Below are positions 33,653 to 45,525 of a stretch of 64,000 nt of DNA, in pieces. This DNA comes from an uncultured bacterium (lineage in GTDB: Bacteria > Verrucomicrobiota > Kiritimatiellia > PWTM01), in the NCBI GenBank assembly GCA_963744655.1, contig CAVUUJ010000002.1, positions 27,580 to 91,579 on the forward strand, in the 5' to 3' direction. Every line of letters begins with the position of its first letter. The first letter of the stretch is position 1. The notes under the pieces were generated by a model. The model saw only the letters and a program-made list of their open reading frames with translations, did not search any database and had not been told where the DNA came from. The translations under genes were made by a program, and so were the position numbers.

Positions 33653-34387
33653 CAGTCCGCCCCCTCGATCTTCTCGATCCGGCCGTCGCGCATGTGAAGC
33701 CGGCGTCCGGCGTAGGCCGCGATCTCCGGCTCGTGGGTCACCATGAGGATGGTCCGCCCTCCGCGGTGCAGCTCGGCCAGCAGGTCCATGATCTGCTTCG
33801 CCCGTGCGCGAGTCCAGGTTGCCGGTGGGCTCGTCCGCAAGAATCACGGCGGGATCGTTGGCGAGCGCGCGGGCGATCGCGACCCGCTGGCACTGGCCGC
33901 CGGAGAGCTCGGCGGGCCGGTGGTCGAGCCGCTCCTCCAGCCCCACCATCTCCGCGAGCTCCCGCGACCGGACCCCGCTCTCCGCCGCCTCCAGCCCGAG
34001 GTAGAAGAGCGGCAGCTCGATGTTCTCGCGCACGGAAAGCTGGGGGATCAGGTTGAAGCTCTGGAAGACGAAGCCGAGTTCCCGCAGCCGGTTCTCGCTG
34101 AGGGCGTCGTCGCCCAGTTTCGAGACGTCGGTCCCGTTGAGGACGTAACGGCCCGTGGTCGGCCGGTCGAGGCAGCCCAGGAGGTTCAGCAGGGTGCTCT
34201 TGCCCGAACCGCTCGGGCCCATGACCGCCCAGAAGCTGCCGCGGGCGATCCGCACGCTCACCCCGTCGAGCGCGCGCACCCCCTCCGCGCCCATGGGGTA
34301 GACCTTCGTGATCTCCTCGAGCACGATGACCGCGCCGGCCGGATGCCCGGCGTTCGGCGCCGCGGCGGATGGCACCGGACCGTTCAT
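33652..34387 (-). pseudogene. macB: ABC transporter ATP-binding protein (MacB/LolD type), one frameshift near the C-terminus
   Basis: ...GPSGSGKSTLLNLLGCLDRPT (Walker A), [15 protein letters not shown] (signature), [11 protein letters not shown] (Walker B). The tail [27 protein letters not shown]... continues in the frame of ORF 33652..33840. The ATGA overlap with the adaptor gene is preserved. Confidence 0.85.
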
Positions 34388-36066
34388 GGCGTCGCGGCGC
34401 CGCCGCCCGCGCCGCCGGGCCGGCGACCGCCGCGCCGGCCGGCGGGCGGGGCCGTTTCCGGCGGGCTCCCGGCCCCGGCCGGGCGCCGGGTCTCCGGGGC
34501 CGCTTCCTCCGGGCGGGCGGGCGGCGTCGCGCGCGCGTCCGCCCCCTCGGAGGCGGCCGCCCACGGGGCGGCCGCGGGCGACTCGGCCGGCGCCAGCGGG
34601 GGCGCCAGCAGCACGGGCTCGCCGCCCTCCAGCCCCTCCAGCACGTGCACCATCCGGTTGTTGTCCAGGCCCGTCCGGACCGTCCTGGGCGTCGGCCCCC
34701 TGCGCGCGTCGGCGAGGTAGACGGTGGGCTCTGCGTTCACCCGCTGCACGCACTGCAGCGGCACGTACACCGCGTCGGCGTACTCCTCGACGAGCACCTC
34801 CACCCGGCAGCTCATTCCCGGCCGGAGATCCGTCACGCCGTCGTCGAGCAGGACGTCGCAGTTGTACTGCTTCAGGTCGGGATTCATCCATCTGTCCTGG
34901 CTGTCCGGGAGGACGCCGATCCGCGACAGGCGGCCCGGAAAGAGGCGGCCGGGCAGGGCGTCGATGGTGATGCGCGCGGGCTGGCCCAGGCGGATCTTCG
35001 TCAGGCTCGCCTCCTGGACCTTGATCTCCGCCTTCATGCCGGTGGCCGCGGGCAGGTAGATGAGTTCCGCCCGCTCCACGACCTCCTGGCCCACCTGCAG
35101 CGGTTCGGTCTGGCCCCACCGCCGGGGGCGCACGGTCGTCGCGTACACCGCCATGCCGGCCGACGGCGCCGTGATGCGGCACTTCGCGATCTGCTCGACG
35201 GTCTTCTCCAGCTTGGCCTTCTGCTGGTCGAACGCCGACTGCTTGGCCCGGAGGTCCACCTCGGCCCGGATCACGTCGGCCGAGGCCTTCCGCCGCACCC
35301 GCTCCAGCGCCATCTCGGCCTGCTTGATGTCGCTCTGCAGCCGCTCGAGCGACTGCGTGTAGGTGTACTGCTGCAGCAGGTCGCGGCGCCCCCTGGCCAG
35401 GTCCAGGTCCACGGACCGCCGGTGCAGGGCCAGCTCGTCCGCCTGCAGCTCCGAGCGTGTGATGTAGCCGTCGGCCGCGAGCTTCCGGGACCACTCGAGC
35501 GTGTCCTGCGCCCGCTGCAGCTCCTCCTGCACGATGGTGATGTCCGCCTCCGCCTGTTGCAGTTGCTGCGGGTACTCGCCCTCCTCGAACTTCTGCAGGT
35601 CGAGGCGGGCGAAGCGCAGGTTCAGCTCCGCCTGCTCCATGTCGGACTGCGCCTGGTTGCGGGTCACCTCCAGGCTTTCGCGCGCCTGGATCAGCTGCGC
35701 CCCGGCGTTCTGCACGCGGATGTCCTGCTCGACCCGGCTCTCCTCCAGCCGGCTGGCGTCGAGTTCCACCAGCAGCTCGCCCTCGGCCACCTGCCTGCCC
35801 TCCTCGACGAGGAAAATGATGGTGTTGCGCCCCTCGACCTCGCTGCGGGTCACGACCTGTTCGCGGCTCTGGATCGTGCCCGACTCCACCAGGCTGATCG
35901 TCAGCGGGCCGCGGCGCGCCTCGAACACGAGGCCCGCGTCCTCCGTGCGTTCGCTCCCGCCGCGCAGAACGGCGCAGCCGCCGACCACGACGAGCCCCGC
36001 GACCGCCCAGGCCCAGACGGGAACGCGGCGCAGCGCCGCACGAATGGCTTCCATGCGTTCACTCAT
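34384..36066 (-). CDS. macA: HlyD/MacA-family periplasmic adaptor (membrane fusion protein)
   Basis: Intact 560-aa ORF with an N-terminal TM, a long coiled-coil (…LNLRFARLDLQKFEEGEY…) and barrel-sandwich/beta-barrel regions. It has an unusual Ala/Pro/Gly-rich C-terminal tail. Confidence 0.85.
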   Translation of the reverse strand: MSERMEAIRAALRRVPVWAWAVAGLVVVGGCAVLRGGSERTEDAGLVFEARRGPLTISLVESGTIQSREQVVTRSEVEGRNTIIFLVEEGRQVAEGELLVELDASRLEESRVEQDIRVQNAGAQLIQARESLEVTRNQAQSDMEQAELNLRFARLDLQKFEEGEYPQQLQQAEADITIVQEELQRAQDTLEWSRKLAADGYITRSELQADELALHRRSVDLDLARGRRDLLQQYTYTQSLERLQSDIKQAEMALERVRRKASADVIRAEVDLRAKQSAFDQQKAKLEKTVEQIAKCRITAPSAGMAVYATTVRPRRWGQTEPLQVGQEVVERAELIYLPAATGMKAEIKVQEASLTKIRLGQPARITIDALPGRLFPGRLSRIGVLPDSQDRWMNPDLKQYNCDVLLDDGVTDLRPGMSCRVEVLVEEYADAVYVPLQCVQRVNAEPTVYLADARRGPTPRTVRTGLDNNRMVHVLEGLEGGEPVLLAPPLAPAESPAAAPWAAASEGADARATPPARPEEAAPETRRPAGAGSPPETAPPAGRRGGRRPGGAGGGAATP

Positions 36067-37849
36067 CCCAGAGGCCCTCCTCGGTGATCCCGAGCACTTC
36101 CATGTCCCGCTGCAGGCGCCACAGGGCGCTGCGGTACGCCACGAGCGCCGAGGTCACGGCGTTCTCCGCCGAGACCAGCGCCTCCTCCGCCTCGAGCAGG
36201 TCGCGGATTTGCGCGCGCCCCGCCTGCAAAAAAAGTTCGGCGCTCTCGGCACGCCGCCGCGCCACCGCCACGGCGCGGTACTGGATGACGTAGCTCTCGC
36301 GCGCCTGCTCGATCGCCCGGAACGCCTCGCGCACCTCCTGCTTCACGGCGTCCTCCCGCGCATCGAGTTCCCGCCGCGCGCGCTCCGCGTTCAGCAGGGC
36401 CTCGCGGTAACGCACCTGCTCCTCCGTGCGCTCCCAGGGCAGGTCCACCTCCAGCCGCGCGGAGTACACCCCCTCCGCCGGGCGGAGCCGCGCGTCGGGC
36501 CGGTCCGCCGACCCGAGGGCGCGCGCCTCGCCCGCGGACCCCGAGGCCACGAGCTTCACCCCGGCCCGCAGGTTGTCGCGGGCCACCCGCACGCCCCGCT
36601 CCGCGTCGGCCGCCGCGCCCGCCGCCTTGCGCAGGTCGAGGCGCCCGGCGAGCGCCAGGCGCACCGCGGCGTCCGCGTCCTCGAACGGCAGGGGGGGCGG
36701 AACCGGGTCCGGGTGCCCCCCTTCCTCCGCCCCGCCCGGCGGGCCGCCCAGGACGGACGCCAGCCGCGCGAGCTCGCCGTCGTCCAGTGTGACGCGCGCA
36801 TCGGCGGGCAGGCCGAGCGACACCTTGAGGTCGTCGAGTTCACGCTGGTACGCCAGCCGCGCCTGGACGAGCCGCTCCCGCGCCCGCAGCTCGTCCTGGC
36901 GCGACTGGTCCACCTGGATCTCCGGGAGCCGCCCCGCCGCCGCCATCCGCGCCGCGCGCTCCGTCGACAGGCGCAGCCGCCCGTAGCTCTCCTCCGCGTT
37001 CACGATCTGCTTGCGGCGCTCGAGCACCGAGAGGTAGTCGGACGCCAGCCCCACGGCGAACCGCCGCCGGAACCGCTCGAAGTCGTAGACCGCGTACACG
37101 AGGTTGCGCTCGGCCTGCGTCAGGGGCTCCGCGAAGACTTCCGCCCCCGCCCCGCGCAGCAGCGGCACGGTCACGGTCGCGTCGGCCAGCAGGCCCAGCG
37201 CCGAATCCTTGTCCATCGTGAGCAGCTTGACCACGTCCACGGCGAGCCGGGTGACCACGCTCGCCCCGCCGCGGAACGTGCGAGAGAGCGTCGCCTCCCC
37301 TTCCCCGCTCGCCCCGCGCACGGGCTCCTCGCCGCTGCGGTCGTCGCTGAACGCGCCGGAGACCGTGCCCGCCAGCGAGCGGCGGAACCCGTCCTGCTCC
37401 AGGTCCAGGGCCAGGGCCGTCCGGAACACGGCCTCCTTCGCGTCCTGGTACGCCCGGCTGTGCCGCGTGCCGATCTTCAGCGCGTCGAGCAGGCCCAGCG
37501 GCAACGCGCCCTCCGACGCGGCGCCGCCGGGCGCCGCGTCGCCCGGGGCGGCGACGCCCGGGGCGGCCGCCGTCGGCAGGCCCTGCTCCTCGACGAGCTG
37601 CCGGTGCAGCGGGTCGGCCGGCGGCTCGACGGAAAACGGCTCGTCCCGGCCGGCCGCGTCGCGCCGGTAGGACTCCACCAGGCGCGTTGCGCGCTCGTCC
37701 GCCGCGCGGGCGTGGTACGCGGCCGACCGGCATCCGGCCCCCGTGGCGGCCAGCAGCGCCACGGCGGAAAGACGGCCCGCGAGGGACAGCGCGGCCGCGC
37801 CGCCGGGCGAACAGGAACGGCCTGCGGGAAAGGATCGATCCGCGCGCAT
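36059..37849 (-). CDS. tolC: TolC-family outer membrane efflux protein
   Basis: About 596 aa from MRADRS..., with a lipoprotein-like signal (LLAATGAGC) and two TolC-type helical repeat halves (…RVARDNLRAGVKLVASG…, …AENAVTSALVAYRSALWRLQRDM…). First gene of the tolC-macA-macB operon. Confidence 0.8.
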   Translation of the reverse strand: MRADRSFPAGRSCSPGGAAALSLAGRLSAVALLAATGAGCRSAAYHARAADERATRLVESYRRDAAGRDEPFSVEPPADPLHRQLVEEQGLPTAAAPGVAAPGDAAPGGAASEGALPLGLLDALKIGTRHSRAYQDAKEAVFRTALALDLEQDGFRRSLAGTVSGAFSDDRSGEEPVRGASGEGEATLSRTFRGGASVVTRLAVDVVKLLTMDKDSALGLLADATVTVPLLRGAGAEVFAEPLTQAERNLVYAVYDFERFRRRFAVGLASDYLSVLERRKQIVNAEESYGRLRLSTERAARMAAAGRLPEIQVDQSRQDELRARERLVQARLAYQRELDDLKVSLGLPADARVTLDDGELARLASVLGGPPGGAEEGGHPDPVPPPLPFEDADAAVRLALAGRLDLRKAAGAAADAERGVRVARDNLRAGVKLVASGSAGEARALGSADRPDARLRPAEGVYSARLEVDLPWERTEEQVRYREALLNAERARRELDAREDAVKQEVREAFRAIEQARESYVIQYRAVAVARRRAESAELFLQAGRAQIRDLLEAEEALVSAENAVTSALVAYRSALWRLQRDMEVLGITEEGLWDE

Positions 37850-38180
37850 CCGGCGAATGTAGAGGCCGCGCGCCACCCGTGGCAAGACAAGGCGACGAGC
37901 CGCGAAGCGGACCGGCGATAAGGCAAAACCTGATAGGTTTATCAGTTTCTGCCCTATAGCCCGGCGGGTCGGCGGGACGTAGCATGAGGGCCAGATGACT
38001 CGGTGAGGAGCCGATCTGCCGCTACGGCGAGAGACGGCAGGTACCGTCGGGGTCCAGTCGCAAGACTGGACCCCGTATGTATTTGGGGATCGCCGTGCCC
38101 GGCCCGACGGCATCAGGCGGCGCGCACCCCGGGGCCGGGTGCCTGCCCGGCGGCGCCCGCCGGGCGCACCCGCCGGCGAA

Positions 38181-38990
38181 CTACGGGCTGTTCGTCGAGA
38201 CGGGCGGCCGGAGGATCCGCGGGTATCCGAAAGGCACGCGCGGCGTCGTGGCGGGCTCCGTGATGCGCCGGGGCGACACGTACCGCGCCTTCCACCCCGG
38301 CCCGCTGTACTCGATGTCCAGGCCGGACCGGGAGGCGCCGTCCGTTCGCACCCGCCTCGTGCGGCCGTAACCGGGGTAGCCGAAGGGGTACGGATAGACC
38401 ACGTACGACCTGCGCCGGGCCGCCTGCGCCTCCCGTTCCGCGGCTTCCGCCCGCTGGCGCGCGTCCCACACCTGGAACTCCAGTTCCGAGAGGCGGCGCT
38501 CCTGTTCCTCGATCCGCTGCTCCGCGCGGTAGCGCTCCAAGGCGCGGACGTACGGCACCGACACGTCCACCTCGGGATACCGGTCCATGAAGGAAGCCCA
38601 CAGCCTCACCTGCTCGTCGGCCGGGGCGGAGGCCAGGCGCGGATCGGACAACAGCCGCTCCCGCTCCGCTTCGCCCTCGGCCATGCGCCGGGCCGACGCT
38701 TCCGCCGCCCGGGCCCGCCGCTCGGCCGCCTGGCGCTCCCGCTCCGCCCTGCGCCGCGCGGCTTCCTCCCCGCTCACCAGGTCGACCTGCACCACCGTCC
38801 CGTCGCGAAGCTTCACGGAACCGCGCTCGAAGTAGAGCAGTTCGACGGGATCAATGCGCAGTTCGCCCCGCGGAGGGCCCAGCTCGGCCAGGACGGCCTC
38901 GCGCGAATCGCCCGGCTGCACCGCGGCCGCGGTCCCCGCCGTCCCGGCCAGCACCGCCGCCGCAAACCACCCCGCCCACTGCGTCTTCAC
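38181..38990 (-). CDS. Secreted coiled-coil protein of unknown function
   Basis: GTG start with GGAGGG SD and signal peptide [23 protein letters not shown]. Charged R/E/A coiled-coil segments and a Tyr/Pro/Gly-rich C-terminal region ([14 protein letters not shown]). Confidence 0.6.
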   Translation of the reverse strand: MKTQWAGWFAAAVLAGTAGTAAAVQPGDSREAVLAELGPPRGELRIDPVELLYFERGSVKLRDGTVVQVDLVSGEEAARRRAERERQAAERRARAAEASARRMAEGEAERERLLSDPRLASAPADEQVRLWASFMDRYPEVDVSVPYVRALERYRAEQRIEEQERRLSELEFQVWDARQRAEAAEREAQAARRRSYVVYPYPFGYPGYGRTRRVRTDGASRSGLDIEYSGPGWKARYVSPRRITEPATTPRVPFGYPRILRPPVSTNSP

Positions 38991-39050
38991 GGCCGGCCCT
39001 CCGGCCCAGTATACGGGCCCGCGGACCCGCGGGCAAACGCCGCCTCACCC

Positions 39051-41015
39051 TCAGGCAAGGAAGACGGGAGCCAGCAGCAGCGGGTGGCGCTGCGCGTCCG
39101 GCCCGCCGCCGTACGTGAAGCGGGCGGCGTCGCGCCCCGCGGCGTCGGTGGTCACCAGGGTCCAGTCCATCCCCAGGCGCCGCGGCGGAGGCGACGGATC
39201 GGGGATGAAATCGCCGAATCGCCACGCGAAGGTCAGCGTGCACCCGTCCCCGTCGGGCGCCCAGTCGAGGTCCAGTTCGTACGCCTTGCCCGAGCGGCAC
39301 CACCAGGCTGCCCGGTCCAGGGCGAAGTCGAAGCGCTCGGTGCCGTCCTCCCAGTCCTTCGTGCGCCGCCGCCAGGGCCGCAGGTCGATCCCGGCCGCGA
39401 GCCGGTCGCCCTTCACCGGTTCGCCGCCCGCGGCCGGGGTCGTGCCGCGCGAGGGCAGCCGGACGCGCACCCGCAGCCGTTCCCCCTCCCAGCGAAGCCC
39501 GACCGCGAAGCCGGGGTTTGCCGCCCCGGCCGCGGCCGCCTGCTCGCCGTCCGGCACGAAGACGTGCTCCCGCCACGCGTCCCGGGCGGCGACCAGGAAC
39601 GGCTGCTCGAAGGACAGGCCCCGCGCCTCCCCGCCCGGCGTGTCCAGCACGCAGCGGCCGGCGACGCGCGACGCGCCGGCGGGCACGCGGAGGCGCCAGC
39701 CGCGCAGGACACGGGTGTCCAGGGCGCCGAGGTCGGCGGCCGCGGCCGCCGGCGGCACCGCTTCGCCGCCGTCGATCTCCACGCGCGCCCCGCACGGGAC
39801 CGGGGTGTCGCCCAGGTTGTGTACGAGCAGCTCCGCCTTGAGTCCGTCCGCGTCCGCGCCGCGCAGCGCCAGCCGCGCCGACACGCCCCCCGCCCCGTCG
39901 ACGCCCAGCACCCCCGCCGCCCGGTTCAACTCGCGCGGGATGTCGATGCGCTGGGGGCAGCGCGGCAAACACGCCCCGCAGCGCGCACAGGCGGACGGGC
40001 CGGCCGCCAGGCCGCGGTACGCGCGCCGGGCGCTCTCCGCGAGGCCGAACATGCGGTATTCGTTGTACACGTCGAAAACGCGAGGGATGTCGACGCCGTA
40101 CGGGCACGGCACACAGTAGCCGCAGGTGGTGCAGGGCACCCCCTCGCGCTCCTTCGCCCGCCGGAGTTCGGCCTCCATGGAGGCGATCTGCTCGCGGCGG
40201 AAGGGCTCCTTCTCCGAAACGATGCGCACGTTCTCTTCCAGCTGCTCCATCGTCGACATGCCGGAGAGCGCCACCGCCACCCCGGGGTGCGCCAGCACGA
40301 AACGGAGGGCCGCCTCCGGGGTGGAGGCCCCGGGGCAGCCCGTCGCGGCGCGGATGCGCTCGCTGTCCACGCCGAGGCGCCCGCCGCCCACCGGCCCCAT
40401 CACGACGATCCCGACCCCCTGTTCCGCCACCCGCGCAATGGCGTCCTCGAGATCGCGGTACAGGAGGTTGTACTGGACGGTGATGACGTCGAATTCGCCG
40501 GTCCCGGCGAGCTTCACGAGGGCCTCCGCGTCGTCGTGGAAGGAGCAGCAGACGTGGCGGACGAGGCCCTGTGCCTTGGCCCGCCTCATCGCCGCGAGCT
40601 TCCCGCCGGGGCCCCGGATGTCCTTCTCGTAGGCGGCCCAGCGGAGCCCGTGGAAGTTGTAGATGTCGAGGTGGTCGGTCCGCAGGAGGCGGAGCGACTC
40701 CTCAAGCCGCTCCCACCACTCGGACTCCGTGGCGGCGTGGAGGTGGTTCTTCGTGGAAAGCACCACCCGGTCGCGGACCCCCTCGAGCGCCTCGCCCACG
40801 GCGGCCTGGCTGTCGCCGTTGCAGTAGAAAACCGCGGTATCGAAATAGGTCACGCCGAGGTCCACGGCCCGGCGCAGCATGGGCAGCGCCCGTTCGCGGT
40901 CCACCTTGCCCGCCTCGGTCATCGGCAGGCGCATGCACCCGAATCCCAGCCGGGAGACGCGCGGTCCCCGCGCGCCCAGGGCCGTGTACCGCATGGCCGT
41001 ATGTTCCGCGTCCAT
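39051..41015 (-). CDS. Aldo/keto reductase fused to a 4Fe-4S cluster module, plus an uncharacterised C-terminal domain of about 270 aa
   Basis: [23 protein letters not shown]...[11 protein letters not shown] (AKR), then [17 protein letters not shown] ... [18 protein letters not shown] (two Cys clusters), then a beta-rich tail with no family I can name. The true start is possibly at 40994. Confidence 0.8.
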   Translation of the reverse strand: MDAEHTAMRYTALGARGPRVSRLGFGCMRLPMTEAGKVDRERALPMLRRAVDLGVTYFDTAVFYCNGDSQAAVGEALEGVRDRVVLSTKNHLHAATESEWWERLEESLRLLRTDHLDIYNFHGLRWAAYEKDIRGPGGKLAAMRRAKAQGLVRHVCCSFHDDAEALVKLAGTGEFDVITVQYNLLYRDLEDAIARVAEQGVGIVVMGPVGGGRLGVDSERIRAATGCPGASTPEAALRFVLAHPGVAVALSGMSTMEQLEENVRIVSEKEPFRREQIASMEAELRRAKEREGVPCTTCGYCVPCPYGVDIPRVFDVYNEYRMFGLAESARRAYRGLAAGPSACARCGACLPRCPQRIDIPRELNRAAGVLGVDGAGGVSARLALRGADADGLKAELLVHNLGDTPVPCGARVEIDGGEAVPPAAAAADLGALDTRVLRGWRLRVPAGASRVAGRCVLDTPGGEARGLSFEQPFLVAARDAWREHVFVPDGEQAAAAGAANPGFAVGLRWEGERLRVRVRLPSRGTTPAAGGEPVKGDRLAAGIDLRPWRRRTKDWEDGTERFDFALDRAAWWCRSGKAYELDLDWAPDGDGCTLTFAWRFGDFIPDPSPPPRRLGMDWTLVTTDAAGRDAARFTYGGGPDAQRHPLLLAPVFLA

Positions 41016-41078
41016 GCCGTCCGTATGGCACAGGCGCGGCGGGCAGGCAAGCCTGCGGGGCGGCGGCGAGGCGCGCCC

Positions 41079-41765
41079 TCACTCCGCGAGGATCGCCTCG
41101 AGCGAGTCCAGCACGGGCACGCCGCAGGCTTCGAGCCGCGCGCGGTCGTGGTGGCCGCCGGGCAGCAGCCAGCACGCCACGCCCAGCTGCCGTGCGATCT
41201 CGCCGTCGTGCGCGGTGTCGCCGACCAGCACCGTGCGGGACCGGTCCGCGCGCACGCCCTCCAGCCAGCGCCGCGCCTGGGCCTCCTTCCCCTCGGCGTA
41301 GTGGTCGTCGCTGCCGAAGACGGCCTCGAAGAACGGCAGCAGGCCGAAGTGGTCCAGCAGGCCCCGGAGCGTGTCGTGCCGGTAGCCGGAGAGAACCGAC
41401 TGCCCGATGCCCAGGCCGCGCACGCGCGCCAGCACGGCGCGCGCGCCGGGGCGCAGCCCGCAGGAAAGGCGCCTGCGCTCGTAGGCGGCCATGAACTCGC
41501 TGCCCACCTTCTCGAACGGCTCGCGGTCGAAGTCGAACCCCAGCCGCCCGTAGTAGCGGCGCACCGGGAAGTCGAAGAGCCGCCGGTAGCGGTCCGCGTC
41601 GAGCTCCGGCAGGCCGCGGCGGCGAAGCAGGCCGTTCATGACCTCCACGCAGAGCCACGCGTCGTCGAACAGGGTGCCGTTCCAGTCCCATACGAGGTGC
41701 GTGACGCCCGACAGGCGCCCCGGAGGGGGCGCCCCGCGAAACGCCTCGTCCCGCCCGGTTCCCAT
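41079..41765 (-). CDS. HAD-superfamily hydrolase (phosphoglycolate-phosphatase-like)
   Basis: ...[14 protein letters not shown] (DxD-like motif I variant), ...SVLSGY (motif II), ...VLVGDTAHD (motif IV). The start codon choice is uncertain. Confidence 0.7.
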   Translation of the reverse strand: MGTGRDEAFRGAPPPGRLSGVTHLVWDWNGTLFDDAWLCVEVMNGLLRRRGLPELDADRYRRLFDFPVRRYYGRLGFDFDREPFEKVGSEFMAAYERRRLSCGLRPGARAVLARVRGLGIGQSVLSGYRHDTLRGLLDHFGLLPFFEAVFGSDDHYAEGKEAQARRWLEGVRADRSRTVLVGDTAHDGEIARQLGVACWLLPGGHHDRARLEACGVPVLDSLEAILAE

Positions 41766-41889
41766 GCGGCGACTATAGGCCGCGGAGGCGGGCGCGCAAG
41801 AGCGCCGCGCCGGCCGCCGCCCGATGTAAGCGGGCTTGTCGCCGCCCCCGCTTGCGGAGATAGTGGAGGCCGTTCCCGAAGTCGCCGCG

Positions 41890-44095
<2,206 letters not shown>

Positions 44096-44105
44096 AAACA
44101 GGGGG

Positions 44106-44133
44106 TGGACAGGACGGCCGGGCCCGCTATGAT
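44106..44133 (+). promoter_or_regulatory. Sigma70-like promoter for tRNA-Tyr
   Basis: TGGACA, 16 nt, TATGAT, ending 13 nt upstream of the mature tRNA 5' end. Confidence 0.45.
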
Positions 44134-44146
44134 ACCCGTCCCGTAC

Positions 44147-44232
44147 GGTGGGGTAGCGAAGTGGTTAAACGCAGCAGACTGTAAATCTGCCCTCTCACGA
44201 GTTCGGTGGTTCGAATCCACCCCCCACCACCA
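44147..44232 (+). tRNA. tRNA-Tyr (anticodon GUA), type II, CCA encoded
   Basis: Acceptor GGTGGGG/CCCCACC. D region TAGCGAAGTGGTTAAACGC. Anticodon stem GCAGA/TCTGC with loop CTGTAAA. Long variable region CCTCTCACGAGTTC. T arm GGTGG-TTCGAAT-CCACC. Then ACCA. Confidence 0.9.
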
Positions 44233-44287
44233 CCCAAAAGAAACCCTTTCCGAAGCCCAGATCCGCACGGCCGCCAGCCCTGATACC

Positions 44288-44575
44288 GTGACCCCCCTGG
44301 ACGCCCAGTGCATCGCAAGCCTGCCCGTCGGCCCCGGCGCCTACGTCCTGCTCGGAACCAACGGCCTGCACTACACCGGCTCGGCCCGCAACCTCCGTGA
44401 ACGCCTCCGCGACCACCGTGCCGGCCGCGCCTCGCGCACGAAGAACCAGCGCCCGCTCCGCCTCGTGCACCTCGAGCAGTCCCCCGACTACCGCCACGCC
44501 CAAACCCGCGAACGTTTCCTCAAGTCGGGCCGGGGCCGCTCCTGGCTGCGGGAACGGCAGACTGTCTCGCCATAG
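44288..44575 (+). CDS. Small GIY-YIG nuclease-superfamily protein (COG2827/YhbQ-like), copy 1
   Basis: 95 codons: ..GPGAYVLLGTNGLHYTGSARNLRERLRDHRAG...LRLVHLEQSPDYRHAQTRERFLKSGRGRSWL. The pattern is Y-x10-Y-x-G, R..R...H, hydrophobic-x-E and a RE..LK helix. GC3 is very high in this frame. The only start is GTG, with no obvious SD. The longer track ORF (from 44105) runs through the tRNA and is rejected. Confidence 0.7.
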   Translation: MTPLDAQCIASLPVGPGAYVLLGTNGLHYTGSARNLRERLRDHRAGRASRTKNQRPLRLVHLEQSPDYRHAQTRERFLKSGRGRSWLRERQTVSP

Positions 44576-44595
44576 GCGAGCCCGCCTCCGGCGGG

Positions 44596-44645
44596 AAATC
44601 TGCCCTCTCACGAGTTCGGTGGTTCGAATCCACCCCCCACCACCA
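44596..44645 (+). other. Orphan tRNA-Tyr 3' half (A36 to CCA), unit 2
   Basis: 50 nt identical to 44183-44232. The sequence upstream is the GIY-YIG ORF end plus the twin hairpin, not a tRNA 5' half. Confidence 0.9.
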
Positions 44646-44700
44646 CCCAAAAGAAACCCTTTCCGAAGCCCAGATCCGCACGGCCGCCAGCCCTGATACC

Positions 44701-44988
44701 GTGACCCCCCTGGACGCCCAGTGCATCGCAAGCCTGCCCGTCGGCCCCGGCGCCTACGTCCTGCTCGGAACCAACGGCCTGCACTACACCGGCTCGGCCC
44801 GCAACCTCCGTGAACGCCTCCGCGACCACCGTGCCGGCCGCGCCTCGCGCACGAAGAACCAGCGCCCGCTCCGCCTCGTGCACCTCGAGCAGTCCCCCGA
44901 CTACCGCCACGCCCAAACCCGCGAACGTTTCCTCAAGTCGGGCCGGGGCCGCTCCTGGCTGCGGGAACGGCAGACTGTCTCGCCATAG
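44701..44988 (+). CDS. GIY-YIG nuclease-superfamily protein, copy 2 (identical)
   Basis: Identical 95-aa translation in the ORF track. Confidence 0.7.
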   Translation: MTPLDAQCIASLPVGPGAYVLLGTNGLHYTGSARNLRERLRDHRAGRASRTKNQRPLRLVHLEQSPDYRHAQTRERFLKSGRGRSWLRERQTVSP

Positions 44989-45008
44989 GCGAGCCCGCCT
45001 CCGGCGGG

Positions 45009-45058
45009 AAATCTGCCCTCTCACGAGTTCGGTGGTTCGAATCCACCCCCCACCACCA
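45009..45058 (+). other. Orphan tRNA-Tyr 3' half, unit 3
   Basis: Identical to 44183-44232. Confidence 0.9.
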
Positions 45059-45113
45059 CCCAAAAGAAACCCTTTCCGAAGCCCAGATCCGCACGGCCGC
45101 CAGCCCTGATACC

Positions 45114-45401
45114 GTGACCCCCCTGGACGCCCAGTGCATCGCAAGCCTGCCCGTCGGCCCCGGCGCCTACGTCCTGCTCGGAACCAACGGCCTGCACTAC
45201 ACCGGCTCGGCCCGCAACCTCCGTGAACGCCTCCGCGACCACCGTGCCGGCCGCGCCTCGCGCACGAAGAACCAGCGCCCGCTCCGCCTCGTGCACCTCG
45301 AGCAGTCCCCCGACTACCGCCACGCCCAAACCCGCGAACGTTTCCTCAAGTCGGGCCGGGGCCGCTCCTGGCTGCGGGAACGGCAGACTGTCTCGCCATA
45401 G
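45114..45401 (+). CDS. GIY-YIG nuclease-superfamily protein, copy 3 (identical)
   Basis: Identical 95-aa translation in the ORF track. Confidence 0.7.
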   Translation: MTPLDAQCIASLPVGPGAYVLLGTNGLHYTGSARNLRERLRDHRAGRASRTKNQRPLRLVHLEQSPDYRHAQTRERFLKSGRGRSWLRERQTVSP

Positions 45402-45421
45402 GCGAGCCCGCCTCCGGCGGG

Positions 45422-45471
45422 AAATCTGCCCTCTCACGAGTTCGGTGGTTCGAATCCACCCCCCACCACCA
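45422..45471 (+). other. Orphan tRNA-Tyr 3' half, unit 4
   Basis: Identical to 44183-44232. Confidence 0.9.
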
Positions 45472-45525
45472 CCCAAAGAAACCCTTTCCGAAGCCCAGAT
45501 CCGCACGGCCGCCAGCCCTGATACC

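Noticed and set aside
44105-44575. 156-aa ORF that would extend GIY-YIG copy 1 upstream.
   Set aside because: The extension reads straight through the tRNA-Tyr gene and its promoter. Copies 2 and 3 show that the conserved ORF begins at the GTG equivalent to 44288.
44147-45471. Intron-containing or split/permuted tRNA-Tyr (a group I intron with a GIY-YIG homing endonuclease in the anticodon loop).
   Set aside because: The first copy is a contiguous, complete tRNA-Tyr that needs no splicing. The later units have no acceptor or D-arm 5' half, and I see no P3-P8-type group I core. The 35/36 break point is still reported as a finding.
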